Below, one piece after another: positions 58,201 through 64,000 of a stretch of DNA of 64,000 nt. Position 1 is the stretch's first letter, and each line of letters opens with the position of its first letter. The notes under the pieces are model-generated. The model had not been told where the DNA came from, ran no database searches, and worked only from the letters and a program-made list of their open reading frames with translations. The position numbers and the translations under genes were made by a program. This DNA comes from Candidatus Ozemobacteraceae bacterium (GTDB lineage Bacteria; Muiribacteriota; Ozemobacteria; Ozemobacterales; Ozemobacteraceae), in contig OZ223236.1 of assembly GCA_965140445.1 (NCBI GenBank), forward strand, positions 896,001 to 960,000. Direction: 5' to 3'.

Positions 58201-61200
58201 AAAACAAAAGATTCTGCTGGAAACCCACTCGGAAGAGCTGGTGGCAATCTTTTCCTTCTATCTGAGCCTGAAAAGGGTCTGAGAGCCAAACATTGGTATC
58301 TCACATGGATGGAATCAGGAGATGAAGGTAATCTTAGTTTGCAAGTTCCTCCTCCACCAGAAGCTGGTTATGGTTACGCACTTGTTTCACAAGACAAGTG
58401 GATGGATGAACAGATAAACAAACCAGATGGATCGACGCAGATCGTTACTAAAAACTTTGCTGCACCTCCAATAACAATTCTTGATTTGGCTGCAACAGCA
58501 CCAATAGAATTGGTTTGGAAAATCCCAGCAAAAGTAACTGTTAATGCAAGCAATATTCCAACTGGAAAAGCTGGTAAATATCTTGGTGCTCTGTTACCTT
58601 ATGAAACCTTTCTTAAGGGCCCGGTTATGGATATGCACCAGTATACAAGTACTACTGGAGATCCATACGGAAATGAGTCCAGTGGACCAGTATATGCTAT
58701 CTATGATGGTAGTAAGTTTACTTTCGATAACGTAAGACCTGGCAAAGAATATGTTTTCATGTGTTATGAAACCATGGCCTATCTGATGCCGGAAGACGTA
58801 ATGTGGGCGAATGAGTTTTCGTGGAAAGCAATTTTCCGCCACATTAGTTCTAAATTTATGGTTGATTCTGACGAGTTAACTATTAATGAAACTTTCAGAA
58901 GCCTTGCCAACGTTGTTATTACTGCAACCCCTTCAGCTTCTCTAATTATGGAGCCTTCAGATGTAGTAATGGAATACTCTGATGATCCAATGCAGACTGC
59001 GGGTAAAATTGGTTGGCCAGTAATCAATAAGGGTTATGAATGGAGTCCAGGAGGCGATGCTTACATCGGATTCCCTCTACAGGTTCCTGAAAATTATGCC
59101 TATAGAATTGGTTTCAGCCCAGCAAACTCTTCTGATCCAGAAGCTAAAATGTTTCTTCCTAAATCAGATGAGGATGTAAGATTTGTTGCCAGTGAAACTG
59201 CGCAAATGCCAGCAACTTATACTATTCGCTTGAAAGCAATGGCTAAGATTTCTGGTCAGTTCCAATACGACTCTGCAATGTCAGAAGGTATTGTTGCAAT
59301 GTTCCCACAGGGTGCAGACTTAAGTGATGAAAATTTCCAGCCTTATGAAACTAATGCCATGGACGGAATGTATGAAATGTTCCTTCCGCAGGGATTCTTC
59401 ATGGGTTATGCAATTCCATTCACTGGTGGAGCTCCTGGTTTCATAAATGTTTCTATCGCTCCAGAAACTCAGCAAACAACTTTGAATATTAATGTTCGCC
59501 GTGGTGTTGCTGTTCATGGTGCTGTTGTTACAAAAGATGAAGCGGGTAATGATGTTCCTGTTTTCGATGCATCAATTGCTGTTATGAGAAAAGCCTCTGA
59601 CAGAAGTGATTTGATGGATGGACAGCAGTTTATTCCTTATCCTGTGATGCAGGCAGATAATATCTTCTATTGTGACCCAGAAGGTGGATTCTTCTTTGAA
59701 GTAGAAGATGGCGTTGACTATTATCTTCAGGCTATTGTTCCTGCTGGATTTAGACCAATGCAGCCTTTGAAAGTTTCAGTTGACGGCATAACAAGTGTTC
59801 CAGCTGAAGGCTTTAAGTTAACCGTAGCTGAAGGTGGAGAAATTTGGGGTAGTGTTAACATACCTGCATTTGTCGAAGCTGAAGCTTTTGGTAGCAATTC
59901 TGTTCAAAGCCAGTTTGGTAAAGAAGGTAAGTTCTATGCAGATGCTTCCAGAGTTGATCCGGTAACTCAGAGATACGAATTCAAGCTTCGTGGTCTTGAT
60001 AGAAACATGGTTTATGATATTAAAATCATTCCTATGGATCCTTCAAAAGCCGTTAAGCATGTTTCTCAGGTTCCTGTAACTCAGACTCCTTCAGCAAACA
60101 AAATTATGGCTGATCTCGGAGATGGTTATAGAGTTGTTGGTCAGCTTGTGGATGAGAATGGTCTTCCATTAGCTATTAAAGATGTTACAGTTAATCTTGC
60201 CATGACTCTTGGAATGCAAAACTATGATGCGATTGCAACTCCAACTACTGTTACGAACAAAATATTCAGAACAACTCAGAGCATAAGAGCCCAGGATCTT
60301 GGCACAGATCCAACCGAGTATGATCTTGGAGACGTTATGCTTGAAGGTCTTTGGGCAAGAACTGATTCTTATGGTCAGTTTGAATTCAAGAATGTTCCTG
60401 AATTCTTAACAGCATTTGTTAAAACAGATAATCCATTCACGCTTAATGGTATTGGTTATGCCAGAGGAAAAACTGATAATTTTGTTGCTTCGTTTACAAG
60501 CAATAGAATCATGGAAGTTCCTGTGATTATACCAATGGGCGGAAAAATCATTGGTCGCTTAAACGATGAGAATGGTCAGCCCATTAAGCAGGGTATGGTT
60601 GATGCAGGCTTTGGCGATTTCTGGGCAGATACCAAAGTTGATTCAAATGGTAATTTTGAACTAAAAGGATTGATTCCAGCTCCAAATTATATGTTGAATG
60701 TGCAGGAAGTTCCTGGACGCGCACCTATAATGAGACTTGGAATTCCAGTTGAGGCTGGCAGTACTACCAATGTTGGAGCAATTACGGTGGCCAAAGCGGT
60801 AGCTGTTAATGCTACAGCAGAAAACCTTCAGCCAATTGCCAGCGCTGCATTTGGATTTGGTATTCCTGAAGGACTCGGTTTGAGTGCAATTGCTCTTGAT
60901 GGAAAAATTGCTATAACAGATCAGGACCTTCTTGGTGGTAATTACATGGAATTCATTACCGGTGAAAATGAACTCTACTGGAATTCATTTGAAGTGCCAG
61001 CTTCGTTGCCAATGGTTCTCTTTACTGTTCCAGGAGCCAATAGCTTTGGTATGGTTCTTCATAAAGAAGATCTGGACGGTAACCAAACTCTTGTTACATG
61101 GTCATGGAAGCCTGGAGTTGTAGTTCCTACGGAAGAACAGCTTGGTACTGGAACTTTCACTGTTCCTGGTGCTTTAAATTGTCCAACTTTGTTTGGTTCA

Positions 61201-63159
61201 ATTGGTGGTGTTCTGAAGCATGCTACAGTAGCAAGTGCAACAATGAATCCTGGCGATGCAGTTATAGCTCTTTATCCTGTGGTTGCTTCTGGAACAGAAT
61301 TTGTTCTTTCTAACACTCCTTTCCCAGCAGCTTTAACAAGCCCTGTTGAAGGTAAGTGGTTTATTAAGAACGTTCCACAAGGAACTTATAGAATAAAAGC
61401 AATTACCAAAAAGTATGGAACCCAGTTCTTCAAAAAAGTTATAACCATTGGAGCAACTCCAGTTGTTGAGCCTTTACTTCTCGGAACCAGTGTTAAGAGA
61501 ATGTATGGTAAAGTTGTAGTGAAAAATGCAACTTCAACAGCTGTCGTTGGTGCTAAGGTTTCGTTGAATGAAAAGCTCTTTACTTCTACTGACAAGGATG
61601 GAGTCTTCTCTTTCTATCTTCCAGTTGGCGAACACATTGTTCCTCTTGTAAAGGTTTCAAAACCTGCTTTTGAAACTAGAAAGATTCAGGAATTTGCAAC
61701 TGTCGCCAGCACAGGAGTTGTTATTAGTGAAGATGTTGACCTGGGAACCATTGAGCTTTCTAACGCTGTTGGCAAATTTGAAGCGACAGTTGTTGGAAAT
61801 ACTGATGGAAAACCGAAAGTTGGAGCAGAAGTTGCTCTAATATATAAAGAGGATCCAACATCTCTCCTCTGGACTGTAGCTGATCGTAAATATGCTGATG
61901 AAAATGGCTTTGTTAAATTTACAACTGTACCAACAGGAAGAGAAGTAACCTTTAGAGCTAGAGCTCACTATCACCAGCCTCTAATTTACACTCTTTCTGC
62001 TACAGAGAATAACGGGAATGCTACGGCTTCTTTGAAGCTTGTAGAAGCTGCTCCTAAAGTATTCTTTACTGGTAGAGTTGAAGAATTGTCACCTGCTTCT
62101 TACACTCTCAAAGCAAGTTTCGACTTCAATAGAGTTGTGACAAAAGCTGATCTGGCTCTGTATATTGATGAAGTTAGTCGCCTTGGCGATTGTACTTTCC
62201 CTGATGACATTGGTGGAAGAATTACCAATATGTTGTTCAACAATGAAATTCCTAAGAAAGATGAAGTGATTGCTTCAGTTACCTATTCTACCTTTGGAAG
62301 AATTGGATTGTTCAACGTTGTTGGTGGTGCTTTGTTCCGTAAGGAATTTGAAGTAGATCCTCTTTCTGCCAATGGTTTCACAGGCCGTCAGACAGACTCA
62401 AATGGAAACAAGTTGCCAGTAGGTCTTAATGTTCCTGCCGGATACCTTGATCCTACGGTTAACTCATTCCAGATCGTTGTAGAGGACGCTTCTGGAACTG
62501 CAAGTCTTGGTAGTGAACAAGGCGACCCTGCAGAGTTTTCTGGCCCGGCATTTGAATTTACTTTTGGAAATTCAAACTTTGCAGCTGGTACTGCTTCTCA
62601 AACACAAGGTTTGTTTGAAGTAACAATCCAGTATCTTGCAGGTCAGAAACTTGAGCCTAGATGGTATGACGAAAACAGCAAAACCTGGTCGAAAGTTGGT
62701 ATCATTGCAGATTCTGTTAAATGGGATTACCCATCAACAGGATATGTAACATTCAAAGTTAGCCATCTTACCAAGTTTGCTGTTCTCAAGAATGTTCAGA
62801 CTGCAGCTTCTAGCATGAGAAGTGATTTTGATGGCGATGGCGCTGTTGCGTTAAATGACGTTGTATATCTTCTTGCTTGGTATCAAACAGGAAAATCAAC
62901 AGACAAAACAGCAATTGCTAATCGCGCAAAAGAAATCCTTGCTTCTGCCGCTGGACCGGTTGTTAACGTTCCTGCTGATATAACAGACGATGTTAATGGC
63001 GATGGTAAAGCAGATCTTAACGATATCGTATTGACTCTTGCCTGGTATCAGGCTGGTAAATCAAACGATGCAACTGTTGTTAAGAGTCGCGCATCTGAAA
63101 TTCTAAGCTCAGTAACTGGAACTGTAACAAGTTTCCCTGGCGAAAAAGTTAATCGCTAG
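55279..63159 (+). CDS. Giant secreted multi-beta-sandwich protein (carboxypeptidase-regulatory-like repeats) with a C-terminal dockerin-like duplicated Ca-binding module
   Basis: Signal peptide; repeated G.V.D.NG.P...TD..G.F motifs; tail DFDGDGAVALNDVVYLLAWYQ / DVNGDGKADLNDIVLTLAWYQ; RBS AGGAGG. Confidence 0.8.
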   Translation: MSEIRSQKSRFLAAFFAICLLLPVAGFCAANFSVTVRNPQGNPLSGAQVYAWDYNNLFNKVGPVTTNSQGIATFSLTIAQTADSTSSPKPNIGFLAVPDNAAGNTNYAFGREEVLFYDLWGGSIAPPVDMQLEEGSLVSLMPKKDGAVGLVSQMEISVPGVPYQVKTIIVGGSEISVATPSYNIYWPKMTQLNVSLRGDGNYSDTYKPEYYLWKGFSFKIEDQASSSFVLDHMKETKGQIAFNLSLPSEGAMVYYDNGGSLGFNNFRTFVGSTTLYVPLGLYNFKVVPSNNYAINVFPQQLVTSALQTVDVNLGDGYAVTGAVNLGTAGNKGALANVKVLAEVKVSLGGYDSWIQVEQANPSSTDGSFSFAHKFAPGNYRLRTTYIAYTNTSSYGVVDTYSTPWGCYRHATTPEFTVAASNITQNITMPQATAFMATVKDAANNPLPMVNSVAPVMFGFMPKAGQEYGTAISSYNISYNTTTGVAFAPFIGEGNLATRLDMQDVPNNKVFQKVFAPFAIQPNVTNVSSYTIDPNNFVTATGSVFIGNASEPFGGMGTINVSPVVPGTTVSSNNVFNPYGTYGAQHQDLNGTPVYAFQLEKGASYAVNVKEQSNYNNGADEFAGLIGFVPLNTIINVPANQTEPYTLNAPVALGGNFNGQLLIDGQIVTNESVGIAVENIPDEDYSSWSWKFRRVGVASPTFQVSGLQTGRYKIGVNLDGIRTDAPVYGVQQNPLIAREIFIDAMNPPAEPVKLNLNTGLIGYAQGMVMDDNGQPVEGLKIEITQAEEVDPMMAADPYYQPMKGTPVFYCSTNAQGEIVRGGTSNQNFIPLEAGDYAMYIVGIASEPVGYKFGVEAYRPVASFKVFPNQEITPVFAQIDRKYPVSGRITENGTPLAFLNFQVLNPNGENLGWGYTDENGDYQIPDGIPGGDVQLGIVVEKDGARRFYHVWRTLQSGQANVMNIELDPSTLISLQIKTKDSAGNPLGRAGGNLFLLSEPEKGLRAKHWYLTWMESGDEGNLSLQVPPPPEAGYGYALVSQDKWMDEQINKPDGSTQIVTKNFAAPPITILDLAATAPIELVWKIPAKVTVNASNIPTGKAGKYLGALLPYETFLKGPVMDMHQYTSTTGDPYGNESSGPVYAIYDGSKFTFDNVRPGKEYVFMCYETMAYLMPEDVMWANEFSWKAIFRHISSKFMVDSDELTINETFRSLANVVITATPSASLIMEPSDVVMEYSDDPMQTAGKIGWPVINKGYEWSPGGDAYIGFPLQVPENYAYRIGFSPANSSDPEAKMFLPKSDEDVRFVASETAQMPATYTIRLKAMAKISGQFQYDSAMSEGIVAMFPQGADLSDENFQPYETNAMDGMYEMFLPQGFFMGYAIPFTGGAPGFINVSIAPETQQTTLNINVRRGVAVHGAVVTKDEAGNDVPVFDASIAVMRKASDRSDLMDGQQFIPYPVMQADNIFYCDPEGGFFFEVEDGVDYYLQAIVPAGFRPMQPLKVSVDGITSVPAEGFKLTVAEGGEIWGSVNIPAFVEAEAFGSNSVQSQFGKEGKFYADASRVDPVTQRYEFKLRGLDRNMVYDIKIIPMDPSKAVKHVSQVPVTQTPSANKIMADLGDGYRVVGQLVDENGLPLAIKDVTVNLAMTLGMQNYDAIATPTTVTNKIFRTTQSIRAQDLGTDPTEYDLGDVMLEGLWARTDSYGQFEFKNVPEFLTAFVKTDNPFTLNGIGYARGKTDNFVASFTSNRIMEVPVIIPMGGKIIGRLNDENGQPIKQGMVDAGFGDFWADTKVDSNGNFELKGLIPAPNYMLNVQEVPGRAPIMRLGIPVEAGSTTNVGAITVAKAVAVNATAENLQPIASAAFGFGIPEGLGLSAIALDGKIAITDQDLLGGNYMEFITGENELYWNSFEVPASLPMVLFTVPGANSFGMVLHKEDLDGNQTLVTWSWKPGVVVPTEEQLGTGTFTVPGALNCPTLFGSIGGVLKHATVASATMNPGDAVIALYPVVASGTEFVLSNTPFPAALTSPVEGKWFIKNVPQGTYRIKAITKKYGTQFFKKVITIGATPVVEPLLLGTSVKRMYGKVVVKNATSTAVVGAKVSLNEKLFTSTDKDGVFSFYLPVGEHIVPLVKVSKPAFETRKIQEFATVASTGVVISEDVDLGTIELSNAVGKFEATVVGNTDGKPKVGAEVALIYKEDPTSLLWTVADRKYADENGFVKFTTVPTGREVTFRARAHYHQPLIYTLSATENNGNATASLKLVEAAPKVFFTGRVEELSPASYTLKASFDFNRVVTKADLALYIDEVSRLGDCTFPDDIGGRITNMLFNNEIPKKDEVIASVTYSTFGRIGLFNVVGGALFRKEFEVDPLSANGFTGRQTDSNGNKLPVGLNVPAGYLDPTVNSFQIVVEDASGTASLGSEQGDPAEFSGPAFEFTFGNSNFAAGTASQTQGLFEVTIQYLAGQKLEPRWYDENSKTWSKVGIIADSVKWDYPSTGYVTFKVSHLTKFAVLKNVQTAASSMRSDFDGDGAVALNDVVYLLAWYQTGKSTDKTAIANRAKEILASAAGPVVNVPADITDDVNGDGKADLNDIVLTLAWYQAGKSNDATVVKSRASEILSSVTGTVTSFPGEKVNR

Positions 63160-63174
63160 GATTTAAGTAAAATC

Positions 63175-63203
63175 AAGGGCCGGGAAACCGGCCCTTTTTT
63201 TTT
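63175..63203 (+). terminator. Rho-independent terminator
   Basis: AAGGGCCGG-GAAA-CCGGCCCTT followed by a long T tract. Confidence 0.9.
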
Positions 63204-63338
63204 CTTTCAATATGGTTAAAAAATTTTTTAAGTAAAAGAATAATTACCTGGATTTTATGCAACATAAATAAGAAACCTATGATTACGAAGTTTGTTAAGG
63301 GCAGATTTTTTAGAGAGCTTTAGTCTGCTAAAAAAAAA

Positions 63339-63367
63339 TTGACAGAATGTACGAATTAAGCTAAATT
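63339..63367 (+). promoter_or_regulatory. Sigma70 promoter
   Basis: TTGACA-N17-TAAATT. Confidence 0.65.
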
Positions 63368-63400
63368 GGTTGGCAAGATTTTATGCCTTGGAGGATATTT

Positions 63401-64000
63401 GTGAAGAAATTTTTCTCACTGACACTTGTTATTTTTCTTATGGTTGGAGTAATTTCTCTTGTTGGTTGTAACGGACTTTGGGATTTTGATAATGATGATG
63501 ATGCAGTATCAAGAATCAGTTTTAATTTCCCAGCTCAGGTTAGCCTTAATAACGCAAGCTCAACTCTTCTTGCAGCAGTTTCCAATTTTGGAACTAACCT
63601 GATTTGTCAGGTATATCAGCAGTCTTCTTCTGCTGCTGTTGCTGACACTCTTATTGCTGATGATATACCTGTAAGCGCTTCTGGAACTGTAACAGTTTCT
63701 TTCCAGGGCTTCAGTGGTTCATACTACCTCAAGATTATTAATAAAAATCAGAAGACCAACCCTCTTTTCGTTCTTTATACCTATCTTGGAACTTTGGGCT
63801 CAAACCCAACAGTTACAAAAACTGTAAACGAAACTACAACAGCTGTTGGTCTTGTTATTCAGACTGCAAAATCTAATGGTTCTATTGTTAATTACGGAAC
63901 TGATATTACTGAAACTTCTACTGGAATTAGCGCTATTGCTTCCAGTGCTGAAACAGCTCTTACAAATGGAACAAGCGTTGCTTCTGTTGCTGCGACTGTA
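63401..64000 (+). CDS. Lipoprotein, truncated at the window end
   Basis: Not in the ORF track. RBS GGAGG, GTG start, MKKFFSLTLVIFLMVGVISLVG|CNGLWDFDNDDD...; open to 64000. Confidence 0.8.
   Translation, partial: MKKFFSLTLVIFLMVGVISLVGCNGLWDFDNDDDAVSRISFNFPAQVSLNNASSTLLAAVSNFGTNLICQVYQQSSSAAVADTLIADDIPVSASGTVTVSFQGFSGSYYLKIINKNQKTNPLFVLYTYLGTLGSNPTVTKTVNETTTAVGLVIQTAKSNGSIVNYGTDITETSTGISAIASSAETALTNGTSVASVAATV

Noticed and set aside
56504..61595. Small alternative-frame and antisense ORFs inside the giant gene (and similar ones throughout the window)
   Set aside because: Shadow ORFs within long, well-supported genes, with no motifs or RBS

Overview
AT-rich bacterial chromosome segment, densely coding, with no rRNA, tRNA, CRISPR array, transposase or integrase that I can recognise. 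The organism looks diderm (secretin, lipoproteins) and also has an SLH-domain protein. Its pilin-like genes resemble those of Ca. Riflebacteria; this is an inference I have not verified. Blocks: (1) 1-426, truncated sulfite/nitrite-reductase-like Fe-S protein. (2) About 0.5-17.5 kb, a candidate cell-wall-lytic 'armed pilus' locus and the main finding. It holds three secreted SH3b + Cys/His amidase-like enzymes and two triplets of type IV pilin-like genes; in one triplet a pilin is fused to a CHAP-like domain and the next to an SH3b domain. It also holds two paralogous 320-aa beta-propeller-like partners and a CHASE2-PP2C/FecR signalling pair. All five transcription units are preceded by the same AAAC-N17-GTA ECF-type promoter motif. 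(3) 17.8-25.4 kb, RDD/DUF4129/DUF4350/MoxR/DUF58/SpoIIM-type cluster. (4) 25-30 kb, small accessory genes including a CxxG-repeat RiPP-like precursor beside an HPr-kinase-like gene. (5) A 1805-aa repeat-stalk lipoprotein with an FGE-sulfatase (C-type lectin fold) tip. (6) tpx, an ABC exporter, an SLH protein, a Zn-dependent PLC/nuclease and nth. (7) A type II secretion operon gspC-M. (8) A 2626-aa secreted protein with a GPS-like HLT motif and dockerin-like tail, followed by a truncated lipoprotein. All calls come from reading motifs by eye; no database search was run.
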